From sequence record DRR723986_9347: a stretch of 47,070 bases of DNA. One strand, given 5' to 3'. How positions within the stretch are numbered: the first letter of the stretch is position 1; every line of letters begins with the position of its first letter. Position numbers and translations under genes: made by a program. This document shows, piece after piece, positions 9,423 through 17,881 of the stretch. The notes under the pieces were generated by a model, which did not search any database, had not been told where the DNA came from, and worked only from the letters and a program-made list of their open reading frames with translations.

Positions 9423-10142
9423 CTATTTTTTAGATCCGAACTTATAGCGAATTGATGCAGATATTGTCGAATTGAAATCTATGGTAGAAACGTTAGCAGT
9501 TGAGAACTCATTATAGGGATCATGGATGTTTGTTGCCTTCAGAAAAACGGGGCTGGTTAAAATCCCGCTAGCACTTATACTCAATTCAAATCTCTTTTTT
9601 ATTGGGATATTAAAGTTTGCTCCAATTGCTAGCCCGGGTATTAGATAGTGTCTAGTAATTTGAGAGCGGGTAGAATCTCCCAATGGCTGATTTAAATCTA
9701 TTGCCGGGATATAAGTTTGTGAAGACCAATTTCCGTTAGAATCTAATTCCGTGTAATTATTGTAATAGCCCGAATAAGAATTTCTGTAGCCAATAATCAA
9801 ATCTGCAGAAAGCGAGAATAGTGATTCTCCCAATTGTCTTTCCGCCCCAATTTTTAAGGTGCCTGAATTAGATCCACTTTGATGTTTTCTATGGGTGATT
9901 AGACTATCTGTCACGGATACAATTTTACCGGTTGAAAAAAAGTTAGAATAACTAGCTCCATAGACGGCGCCAAGTCTAAACTTCCATTTTTCATTTAAAC
10001 TTAAACGATAATCTAATCCTATTCTTTGATGTTCGTAGGTTGATAGCGTAATGCCAATATCGTGTTTAAGGGAGTCTTGGCCAAAGCCAATTGATGAGGT
10101 GATTAAACCTAGTGATAAAATTGCTGTTTGAATTGTTTTCAT
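9423..10142 (-). CDS. Outer-membrane beta-barrel protein
   Basis: Signal peptide ending FG|Q; amphipathic strands; C-terminal 'ASIRYKF'. Confidence 0.7.
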   Translation of the reverse strand: MKTIQTAILSLGLITSSIGFGQDSLKHDIGITLSTYEHQRIGLDYRLSLNEKWKFRLGAVYGASYSNFFSTGKIVSVTDSLITHRKHQSGSNSGTLKIGAERQLGESLFSLSADLIIGYRNSYSGYYNNYTELDSNGNWSSQTYIPAIDLNQPLGDSTRSQITRHYLIPGLAIGANFNIPIKKRFELSISASGILTSPVFLKATNIHDPYNEFSTANVSTIDFNSTISASIRYKFGSKK

Positions 10143-10209
10143 TGCGATCGATTTTGTTAGGACTAAAACGAAATCAATATCGCATTATTGTGTGATAAAA
10201 GACAGAAGG

Positions 10210-10941
10210 CTACTTATCTAAACGATTTACGGCAGATACTGTGGCTGCAGCACAACTCAATGGAAGTACAAGAAGTATTCCGACAAATGGTATCATTAAA
10301 ATCAGCATAAAAACGATTCCATTGCCTATGGCAATGCCTTTTCTTTTGCGGACCCAAGAAATTGAATCCTTGAATTTAAAATGACGCTCTAAAGTGTAGT
10401 CTAGATTACCAAAACCGGCAAAATAAGCTCCAATAAAAAAGATGAGGAAACCTGTTATTAGGTTCAAAACGGGGATAATACTAAGTATCAGTAAAGGGAA
10501 AGTTATGAGTAGTTCGATAATTAGATTCCGGGCGTTAATTCGTATAGATCGAACTAAACTAGTCATAAAATCAAGTTCAGATTTCGTTTTTTCACCTGTT
10601 AAATGATCTTCAATTTTTTGTGCTATTGGAGCCATAAATGGGCCTGAAAATGCCATAACCGCATGTCGAAAAGCTGTCATACCAAAAATGATAATGACGG
10701 CCCAGCCCAAAAATATTGAAATGGCTCTAATCCCTGCTTCCCAGAATGAAAAGGGCCAAAAGTCAGCAATGTATCCACCAATGTTATCAGATAAAGCGAA
10801 TGCCGCCCAAATAACAGCTGAAGCAACACCAATTGAAATAAGTGTAGGAATAAGAATAAACCTCCACAATTTTAATTCTGACAAAAGCGCATATCCTTTT
10901 GAATAGTCGGAAATTGCGGTTTTAAAATCAGTGAAGAACAT
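10210..10941 (-). CDS. EI24/CysZ-like membrane protein
   Basis: Several TM helices; 'PFMAPIAQKIE', 'SIIPVL', 'YFAGFGNLDYTLER', 'IPFVG'. Confidence 0.8.
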   Translation of the reverse strand: MFFTDFKTAISDYSKGYALLSELKLWRFILIPTLISIGVASAVIWAAFALSDNIGGYIADFWPFSFWEAGIRAISIFLGWAVIIIFGMTAFRHAVMAFSGPFMAPIAQKIEDHLTGEKTKSELDFMTSLVRSIRINARNLIIELLITFPLLILSIIPVLNLITGFLIFFIGAYFAGFGNLDYTLERHFKFKDSISWVRKRKGIAIGNGIVFMLILMIPFVGILLVLPLSCAAATVSAVNRLDK

Positions 10942-10943
10942 CT

Positions 10944-12485
10944 TTAAAGCGGAATATTACCATGCTTTTTCTTTGGCAATTTCGCGACTTTATTTTTTAG
11001 CATTTCAAATGAACGTAACAGTTTTTTACGTGTTTCAGCTGGTTCTATAACTTCGTCTACAAAACCATGTTTAGCCGCATTGTAAGGATTTGCGAACAAT
11101 TCAGCATATTCAGCCTCTTTTTCAGCAAGCTTAGCTTCCGGATCGCTCGCTTCTTTGATTTCGTTTCTAAAAATAATTTCGGCTGCTCCTTTTGCTCCCA
11201 TCACTGCAATTTCAGCAGTTGGCCAAGCGAAATTCATGTCTGCGCCAATGTGTTTAGAATTCATCACGTCATAAGCACCACCGTATGCTTTTCTGGTAAT
11301 TACCGTAACTCTTGGTACTGTGGCTTCACAGAATGCGTATAGCAGTTTTGCACCATTGTTAATGATTCCGTTCCATTCTTGATCCGTACCAGGTAAAAAT
11401 CCGGGAACATCTTCTAATACCAGCAGAGGAATATTGAAAGAATCACAGAACCTAACAAATCGACCAGCTTTGTTAGATGAATTACTATCTAAAACTCCTG
11501 CTAAAAAGGCAGGTTGATTAGCTACTACGCCTATACTTTTTCCGCCTAAAAAGGCAAAACCACAAACGATATTTTCAGCATAACTTTCGTGCACTTCGTA
11601 AAACGAATCTATATCTACTAATGAATTTATAACATCCTTAATATCGTAAGGTTGATTAGGATTATCTGGAATAATTGAATTCAACTCTTCACGTCTTTCA
11701 TCTCCAGGTGTATATGGATATTTTGGAGATTCCTCCTCACAGTTTTGAGGAAGGTAAGACAATAATTTTTTCAAATCATTGATACATCTTAAATCATTTT
11801 CAACTGAAAAATGAGCAACTCCAGATTTTTGCGAATGCGTTGACGCACCACCTAATTCCTCAGAAGTTACTTCTTCATGCGTCACAGTTTTTACTACGTT
11901 TGGCCCAGTCACAAACATGAATGAGGAGTCTTGCACCATATAAATAAAATCTGTCAAGGCTGGCGAATATACTGCTCCACCTGCGCAAGGCCCCATGATG
12001 GCAGAAATTTGTGGTACTACACCAGAAGCCAATGTATTTCTGTAAAAGATATCAGCATAACCTCCTAATGAAACCACGCCTTCTTGAATACGGGCACCAC
12101 CCGAATCATTTAAACCAATAAATGGAATTCCATTTTGAAGCGATAAATCCATGATACGGCAAATCTTTTTAGCGTGTACTTCAGCCAATGATCCTCCGAA
12201 TACCGTGAAATCTTGCGAGAAAACATATATCGGTCGGCCATGAACTTTACCATAACCTGTAACAACTCCATCTCCTAGAAATTGCTGTTTATCCAATCCG
12301 AAGTTGGTTGATCTATGGGTCGTTAACATTCCAATTTCTTCAAAAGTTCCTTCATCCAATAAAAGATCAATTCTTTCTCTTGCCGTCAATTTTCCCTTTG
12401 CATGTTGAGATTCAATTCTCTTATCACCACCACCTTTTAAAGCTTCTGCTTTCTTGCTATTTAATAGATCTAATTTATCGCTCAT
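10944..12485 (-). CDS. pccB: Acyl-CoA (propionyl/methylmalonyl-CoA) carboxylase carboxyltransferase beta subunit
   Basis: Likely start ATG 12485. '[13 protein letters not shown]', '[10 protein letters not shown]', '[12 protein letters not shown]', 'DVPGFLPG', 'RKAYGGAY', 'KKHGNIPL'. Confidence 0.93.
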   Translation of the reverse strand: MSDKLDLLNSKKAEALKGGGDKRIESQHAKGKLTARERIDLLLDEGTFEEIGMLTTHRSTNFGLDKQQFLGDGVVTGYGKVHGRPIYVFSQDFTVFGGSLAEVHAKKICRIMDLSLQNGIPFIGLNDSGGARIQEGVVSLGGYADIFYRNTLASGVVPQISAIMGPCAGGAVYSPALTDFIYMVQDSSFMFVTGPNVVKTVTHEEVTSEELGGASTHSQKSGVAHFSVENDLRCINDLKKLLSYLPQNCEEESPKYPYTPGDERREELNSIIPDNPNQPYDIKDVINSLVDIDSFYEVHESYAENIVCGFAFLGGKSIGVVANQPAFLAGVLDSNSSNKAGRFVRFCDSFNIPLLVLEDVPGFLPGTDQEWNGIINNGAKLLYAFCEATVPRVTVITRKAYGGAYDVMNSKHIGADMNFAWPTAEIAVMGAKGAAEIIFRNEIKEASDPEAKLAEKEAEYAELFANPYNAAKHGFVDEVIEPAETRKKLLRSFEMLKNKVAKLPKKKHGNIPL

Positions 12486-12532
12486 TAATTCAGAATTTAT
12501 GGACTTTAAAGGTAGCAACAATTTTGATTTAT

Positions 12533-12573
12533 AAAACACAAAACCCCGATACTGACATGGTCAATATCGGGGT
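12533..12573 (-). terminator. Rho-independent terminator (minus strand)
   Basis: ACCCCGATATTGAC-cat-GTCAGTATCGGGGT: 14-bp stem with one G-U pair, followed by TTTGTGTTTT. Confidence 0.8.
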
Positions 12574-12685
12574 AACAGATTGCCAAGGGTTTAAATTGGC
12601 TACGTTTAGCTTTTTTGGACCCTTGTCTATCCCAAACGAGAAGAGATAGCCTTTTCAATAATGGGTTAAACCATTTGCTTAAAAC
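12533..12685 (-). ncRNA. Candidate small RNA (Flavo-1-like)
   Basis: No useful ORF. -7-like TAGTTTTA at 12692-12699; internal hairpins CTATCTC/GGGATAG and GCCAA/TTGGC; motif CCAAAAAAGCTAAAC..AAACCCTTGGCA just before the terminator. Family resemblance is from memory only. Confidence 0.45.
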
Positions 12686-12742
12686 TTTCGATAAAACTAG
12701 GGATGTAGATAATGAGTTCCTCTAAGGTAAAAACCCTATTTT

Positions 12743-13675
12743 TTAATAGAATATCCCTTGGTTGGCACCAAGATTTAAATAAAACTTTGCTTTTTCTACC
12801 GCCTGGTTGGGTTGGTAAAGATACTGACCACCACCTTTTGCTTCCATTGGAATATGGCAAGGATTTCTGCTGATCCAATTTTTAGGAATAAAGATGTGAT
12901 CATGGATAAATCTATTTTGTAAAACGTTTCTAACACGTTCTGAATCCACCCCGATATTGGCCTGTATTATCTGATTTATAGGGTTATATCGAGGGTCAGG
13001 CAAGTATTTTATTTGTGCGCTCAAAAATCCGCTCGATATTCCTCCAAAATTAACGTTTCTATCATCTTTGTATCCGAATCGGGCCGGATAATTGGTGTCT
13101 AATATTTTTTTACAGATGGAGTAATCGTCTGTCCACAAAGTTGAATTTATTCCGAATTTAAAATTTTGATAGCGGTACTCTAGCAAAAAGCCGCCGGTCC
13201 GATATCGATCTCTCCATCCTTGTCCAAAACCAAATAAATCGTTCTCCGTTGCAAATCTGAAATCTAAGAAGGAAGCAGATAATATTCCAGAAGTTTGCGT
13301 TGTTTTTTGCTGGTCGAAATACATTAAATAACTGTAGCCAACCGAATAGTCTTGCAGCAAATTATTTTCAGCAATTCCCACAAAGGGATTTCGGGCCGAG
13401 TCTTTTCTCCCAAACCCTAACTCAATGCCAGCACCTAATTGTAACTCTAGTCCTTTTTTCTTTAAAGCGATTGATTGAAAATTGTAATAACCATTGATAG
13501 ATGCATTCGCTTGTGCAAATCCGTAATTATAGTATCCTGCTACTTGAAAACCAATGCGATTAATCTGCGTTCCAAAAGAAAAGCTCAGTCCTGCCGTGAA
13601 TCCGTAGAAGTTATCTACCGATTTTGCTGGTAAGGCCGAACTTAAAAGCAATATGTACAGTATAATCTTTTTCAA
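12743..13675 (-). CDS. Secreted beta-rich protein with 'polymorphic toxin type 23' (Ntox23)/LpxR-like motif
   Basis: Signal peptide; beta-strand pattern; 'TENDLFGFGQGWRDRYRTGG' (ND..DxxR) and 'VRNVLQNRFIHD'. Confidence 0.7.
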   Translation of the reverse strand: MKKIILYILLLSSALPAKSVDNFYGFTAGLSFSFGTQINRIGFQVAGYYNYGFAQANASINGYYNFQSIALKKKGLELQLGAGIELGFGRKDSARNPFVGIAENNLLQDYSVGYSYLMYFDQQKTTQTSGILSASFLDFRFATENDLFGFGQGWRDRYRTGGFLLEYRYQNFKFGINSTLWTDDYSICKKILDTNYPARFGYKDDRNVNFGGISSGFLSAQIKYLPDPRYNPINQIIQANIGVDSERVRNVLQNRFIHDHIFIPKNWISRNPCHIPMEAKGGGQYLYQPNQAVEKAKFYLNLGANQGIFY

Positions 13676-13719
13676 TGCTGTAACTTATTATCAATAATAA
13701 GGCCGAAGATATAAAATTG

Positions 13720-13727
13720 TAACTTTG
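13720..13727 (+). promoter_or_regulatory. Bacteroidota -7 promoter element TAACTTTG
   Basis: Exact TAnnTTTG match 45 nt upstream of the VWA gene start. Confidence 0.6.
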
Positions 13728-13772
13728 ACACCTTTGGACTAACTTTTTTTATAGTAGGGATAGAACCGAAAC

Positions 13773-15266
13773 ATGAAACAGTTTATTCTCATATTTTTTG
13801 TTGCTTTCGCGGGAATTTCATTGAGTCAAATTCAAGCCTCTAAACAACGCCATAATTTTGGTGATTTATATAAATCATCTCAAAGTTATGTAGATATTGA
13901 GTTTACCAATAATTCTGACAAGCCACAATATTTGTTGACTGTAGATAAACCAAGAGACGTATATTACATCTATTCTTCAAAAAAAGTAATGCCTGATAGT
14001 TCCTTGACCATTCGATTTAAAATTAATAACAACCTTAAAGGGCGTTTTACTTATAATATTGACGTTCATTTTTCAAATCCGCGATTTCCAGTTCAAATTC
14101 AACTTAATGGGAACGTAAAAGAGGCTGAAATGAATCCGTCATTAACGGCATGTCCAGACTTTAATAACACTCCATCTTCACACATTTCTACTGCCTTTGA
14201 TTTGACCATTCGCGTGATTGATTCACTGACGCGTGAGCCTATTAAAGGGTCGAAAGTGTATTTGGTTCATAATGGCGAATTGGTTGATGAGTTCTCAACC
14301 AATAATAAAGGTATTGTTACGACAAACATTCCTCTGGGCTACTATTATATTACCGCAAGAAAAGAACCTTATAACAGCAATTACAAAGAAGGTTATTTGA
14401 ACTTTAAAAGAAACTATGTTGAGATTGAATTGCAGAAAGATGAGCAAGAAGAAATGGAATTGATTCCACCACCAGAGGTAGAAGAAGAGGTGGTTGAGCT
14501 CATTGAAGAAAAACCAGACACAATTGAAGTTGAAGTTGAAGACGAAATCGTAATCGAAATTCAACCAGATACAACAGTGATTACGCCTCAAGTTGACCCA
14601 GTAGATCAAGTTGAAATTGTTGAGGAAGAAATAGAAGAGGTTGAAGAAATTGCATTAGAAGAATTACCCGATACTGTTTTTACCAATAGCTATTTTAAAT
14701 ACAATAATATCACGTTTATATTGGATGTATCCACATCCATGAATGGGATGGGTAAGATGGATTTATTGAAGACCTCTATGATTGAGCTGGCTGAAATATT
14801 ACGATCAAATGATATGGTTTCAATGGTGAAGTATTCATCTGAGGTGGAAGTGATTTTAAAAAATGCTAGCGGTGACAATAAGGAAGAGATAGTTAACGTA
14901 GTGAATGGATTGAAAACTTCTGGAATGACGGCAGGTGGAAATGCCATTAAATCTGCCTATAAATTGAATAAGAAGACCCATATCGAAGGAGGTAATAATA
15001 TCGTGATTATGATTACTGATGGTGTGTTTAACAAAGGAGACAAAGATTATCTCAAAACAATTCAAAAAGCCTATAATGCCAACGGTACTATTTTTTCAGT
15101 TGTCGGAATCAAGACTTCTGATTACATCACCAAACACATGAAAAACATTGTTGAAAATGGCGGTGGGCATTTTATCAGAATTCTAAATCAGGAGGATGCT
15201 GAAACGAAATTAATTGCTGAGATTAAGCGAACTTCATTCAAGTTCACGGAGACTGCTGAGAAATAG
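13773..15266 (+). CDS. Secreted VWA-domain protein (Ig/DUF1573-like + carboxypeptidase-regulatory-like + acidic linker + VWA)
   Basis: Signal peptide; 'HNFGDL...FTNNSDKP'; 'IRVIDSLTREPIKGSKV'; Glu-rich linker; MIDAS DVSTS, 'GMTAGG', 'ITDG'. Confidence 0.88.
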   Translation: MKQFILIFFVAFAGISLSQIQASKQRHNFGDLYKSSQSYVDIEFTNNSDKPQYLLTVDKPRDVYYIYSSKKVMPDSSLTIRFKINNNLKGRFTYNIDVHFSNPRFPVQIQLNGNVKEAEMNPSLTACPDFNNTPSSHISTAFDLTIRVIDSLTREPIKGSKVYLVHNGELVDEFSTNNKGIVTTNIPLGYYYITARKEPYNSNYKEGYLNFKRNYVEIELQKDEQEEMELIPPPEVEEEVVELIEEKPDTIEVEVEDEIVIEIQPDTTVITPQVDPVDQVEIVEEEIEEVEEIALEELPDTVFTNSYFKYNNITFILDVSTSMNGMGKMDLLKTSMIELAEILRSNDMVSMVKYSSEVEVILKNASGDNKEEIVNVVNGLKTSGMTAGGNAIKSAYKLNKKTHIEGGNNIVIMITDGVFNKGDKDYLKTIQKAYNANGTIFSVVGIKTSDYITKHMKNIVENGGGHFIRILNQEDAETKLIAEIKRTSFKFTETAEK

Positions 15267-15272
15267 AAGTCC

Positions 15273-15632
15273 TTAGGTTTGCAGGGCCTCTTCAATTTTT
15301 TCTAATACTAGTCTCATATTCTGGAATACTAGTTTATTTTCAAATCGAATAGTTTTAATATTTAATTGAGATAAATAGGTTTCGCGTATCTTATCTTTTT
15401 CTTTACCCCTTAGAGTAAAATGATCTGCACCATCAAGTTCTATGGCCAGGCGTTTATCCGCGCAATAAAAATCAATAATATAATTTCCTACTGAATGTTG
15501 TCTTCGGAATTTATATCCTTTTAATTGTTTACCCTTCAATTCCATCCACAGGGCAATTTCAGCACTGGTCATGTTATTTCTAAGCGCTTTTCTGTTGTCT
15601 TTTAAATAGTGTCGGTTAACTGTTCTTTTCAT
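15273..15632 (-). CDS. DUF559 / Vsr-like endonuclease domain protein
   Basis: Likely start ATG 15632. 'RKALRNNMTSAEIALW..L..QL.GYKFRRQH..G.YIIDFYC...LAIELDG..H...D..R...L......RF.N'. Confidence 0.92.
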   Translation of the reverse strand: MKRTVNRHYLKDNRKALRNNMTSAEIALWMELKGKQLKGYKFRRQHSVGNYIIDFYCADKRLAIELDGADHFTLRGKEKDKIRETYLSQLNIKTIRFENKLVFQNMRLVLEKIEEALQT

Positions 15633-15642
15633 ACTGTTTATA

Positions 15643-15690
15643 CCCAACTCCCCTCAGCTCGCTGAGGTACTCCACCTCTTCGGGAGGAGA
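15643..15690 (+). repeat. REP-like palindromic element copy A
   Basis: CCCAACTCCC + hairpin CCTCAGC-tc-GCTGAGG + GTACTCCACCTCTTCGGGAGGAGA. Confidence 0.7.
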
Positions 15691-15778
15691 TTTAGTTTCT
15701 GCTTTCAATAAAACTAAAGAAACTAAATAGTAGTTCCAAATTATTGTAGAATTGGCGATTGTGTGCTAGCTGTCCAGC

Positions 15779-15860
15779 TCTCCTCCTGAAAAGGAGGAGT
15801 ACTTTTTTCTGCAAATGATAATTTATATGTAAAAAGTGTGATTGAAAAAAGGGAGGTGGT
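15779..15860 (-). repeat. REP-like palindromic element copy B (inverted relative to A)
   Basis: Minus strand: ACCACCTCCC-TTTTTT..spacer..AAAAAA-GTACTCCTCCTTTTCAGGAGGAGA. The last 24 nt are 21/24 identical to copy A. Confidence 0.7.
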
Positions 15861-15892
15861 CCAGATGGAAACTAGAAAAGAGGTCATCACAC

Positions 15893-16012
15893 TTAGTTGA
15901 TAACCTTCAAAAGCCGCATTTTATAAAAGAGAGTTTTTCTGTCTTGTTAAGCCATAAAGCTAGACAATACGATAAATGCTGCCAACACGAATATGATTAA
16001 TCTTAATCTCAT
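15893..16012 (-). pseudogene. Possible remnant of a secreted-protein gene (signal peptide only)
   Basis: ATG 16012: MRLRLIIFVLAAFIVLSSFMA*QDRKTLFYKMRLLKVIN*. Signal-peptide-like sequence with a TAA (15947-15949) at the expected cleavage site. Confidence 0.35.
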
Positions 16013-16170
16013 TTCTTTCCCCAATTTACCCTATTTGACGTAACGCCTCCAACTTAATTGGTTACGAAAAAACAGGTGTTATAAACAACTTATAAACAAC
16101 ATTGATGCCATAAGGATTTCAAAGGGGAGAGGTTTCCGGTAATTCTGCCCAGTTAATTAACAGAATGTTG

Positions 16171-16178
16171 TAATTTTG
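16171..16178 (+). promoter_or_regulatory. -7 promoter element TAATTTTG
   Basis: Exact TAnnTTTG match 22 nt upstream of the ALDH ATG. Confidence 0.65.
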
Positions 16179-16200
16179 TGCTGAATTTAAAATTTAGATT

Positions 16201-17757
16201 ATGTCAACAGCAGTTGCAACAACAGAAATTAAAGATGTATTAGAGCAGTTAGGAATTGAGTCAGTTAATTCAGGCGCATCAACCGGTTCTAATTGGTTCA
16301 ATACAAGAGGTGAACAAATTGATTCATACTCTCCAGTTGATGGGAAATTAATTGCTAGCGTAACTGCTGCAACAGAAACTGAATATGAAGCTTGTATCGT
16401 GAAAGGTCAAGAAGCGTTCAAAACATGGAGAACAATGCCTGCTCCTAAAAGAGGAGAAATTGTTCGACAGTTAGGAAACAAGTTAAGAGACTATAAAGCT
16501 CCTCTTGGAAAATTAGTTTCTTATGAAATGGGTAAATCTTATCAAGAAGGATTAGGTGAGGTTCAGGAGATGATCGACATCTGTGATTTTGCAGTTGGAT
16601 TATCTAGACAATTAAATGGATCGACTTTACACTCTGAGAGACCTTCTCACAGAATGTACGATCAGTATCACCCACTAGGGATTGTAGGAATTATTTCTGC
16701 ATTTAATTTCCCTGTTGCAGTTTGGTGTTGGAACACAGCTTTAGCATGGATTGCTGGAGATGTTTGTATCTGGAAACCATCTGAAAAGACGCCGTTAACG
16801 GCAGTTGCATGTCAAAAAATTGCTGCTGAAGTATTTGCTGAGAACAATGTTCCAGAAGGTGTTTCAACATTAATTATAGGCGGTGCTGATTTAGGTCAAT
16901 GCATGACTGCTGATAGAAGAGTACCTTTAGTTTCTGCTACTGGATCTACCAGAATGGGAAGATTAGTTGGTGAAGCTGTAGCGAAAAGATTAGGTAAATC
17001 ATTATTAGAGCTTGGAGGAAACAATGCCATCATTATTGCTCCATCTGCTGATTTAGAATTAGTAATTCCAGGTGTTGTATTTGGTGCAGTTGGAACATCA
17101 GGTCAAAGATGTACTTCAACGAGAAGATTAATCATTCACGATTCTATTTACGATAAAGTAAAAGATATCTTGGTAAAAGCATACGGACAAATTACAATTG
17201 GTAATCCTTTAGATGAGTCAAATCATATGGGTCCATTGATTGATAAAGATTCAGTAAACACTTATTTAGCCGCCATTGAAAAGGTAAAAGCGGAAGGTGG
17301 AAATATGTTAATTGAAGGTAAAGTATTAGATGGTCCTGGTTACGAATCTGGATGTTATGTTTCACCGTCAATGGCTGAGGTAGAAAACCATTACGAAATT
17401 GTGCAGCATGAAACTTTTGCTCCACTTTTATACTTGATTAAGTATTCAGGAGATGTTTCAAACGCTATTGAAATTCAAAATAGTGTAGATCAAGGATTAT
17501 CTTCTTCAATCTTTACTAACAACATTAGAGAGTCTGAATTATTCTTATCTCAACAAGGTTCTGATTGTGGAATTGCTAACGTGAATATCGGTACCTCTGG
17601 TGCTGAGATTGGTGGTGCATTTGGCGGTGAAAAGGATACTGGTGGAGGACGTGAGTCAGGATCAGATGCTTGGAAAATCTATATGAGAAGACAAACGAAT
17701 ACGATCAACTATTCAACTGAATTGCCATTGGCACAGGGAATTAAATTTGATTTCTAG
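16201..17757 (+). CDS. amaB: Aldehyde dehydrogenase family 7 (AmaB / piperideine-6-carboxylate dehydrogenase-like)
   Basis: 'PAPKRGEIVRQ', 'EGLGEVQEMIDICDFAVGLSRQL', 'ISAFNFP', 'LELGGNN', catalytic 'GQRCT', 'GRESGSDAWK', 'LPLAQGIKF'. Confidence 0.9.
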   Translation: MSTAVATTEIKDVLEQLGIESVNSGASTGSNWFNTRGEQIDSYSPVDGKLIASVTAATETEYEACIVKGQEAFKTWRTMPAPKRGEIVRQLGNKLRDYKAPLGKLVSYEMGKSYQEGLGEVQEMIDICDFAVGLSRQLNGSTLHSERPSHRMYDQYHPLGIVGIISAFNFPVAVWCWNTALAWIAGDVCIWKPSEKTPLTAVACQKIAAEVFAENNVPEGVSTLIIGGADLGQCMTADRRVPLVSATGSTRMGRLVGEAVAKRLGKSLLELGGNNAIIIAPSADLELVIPGVVFGAVGTSGQRCTSTRRLIIHDSIYDKVKDILVKAYGQITIGNPLDESNHMGPLIDKDSVNTYLAAIEKVKAEGGNMLIEGKVLDGPGYESGCYVSPSMAEVENHYEIVQHETFAPLLYLIKYSGDVSNAIEIQNSVDQGLSSSIFTNNIRESELFLSQQGSDCGIANVNIGTSGAEIGGAFGGEKDTGGGRESGSDAWKIYMRRQTNTINYSTELPLAQGIKFDF

Positions 17758-17771
17758 TATTCAGTTTAAAC

Positions 17772-17820
17772 GAATTCATGAAGGGGCTTCGATTATCGGA
17801 GCCCCTTTTTTCATGAATTC
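17772..17820 (+). terminator. Rho-independent terminator
   Basis: AAGGGGCTTCGA-tta-TCGGAGCCCCTT followed by a T run, nested in the outer inverted repeat GAATTCATGAA/TTCATGAATTC. Confidence 0.85.
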
Positions 17821-17881
17821 AATTGATTAATAGGCATTTGCCGACAATTTCATATATTTGAAAAAAACTAAATTCTCGCCC

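Noticed and set aside
12308..12878. ORFs 12308-12649 (+) and 12666-12878 (-) covering the candidate sRNA region
   Set aside because: Both largely overlap real genes and have no protein-like features; the interval is better explained by RNA structure.
15273..15862. DUF559 unit as a classical IS element
   Set aside because: No DDE or HUH transposase, no terminal inverted repeats enclosing the gene and no target duplication seen; the repeats lie on one side only.
16113..16137. GGATTTCAAAGGGGAGAGGTTTCC as a third REP copy
   Set aside because: Only a purine-rich resemblance; it lacks the GTACTCC core and the hairpin.
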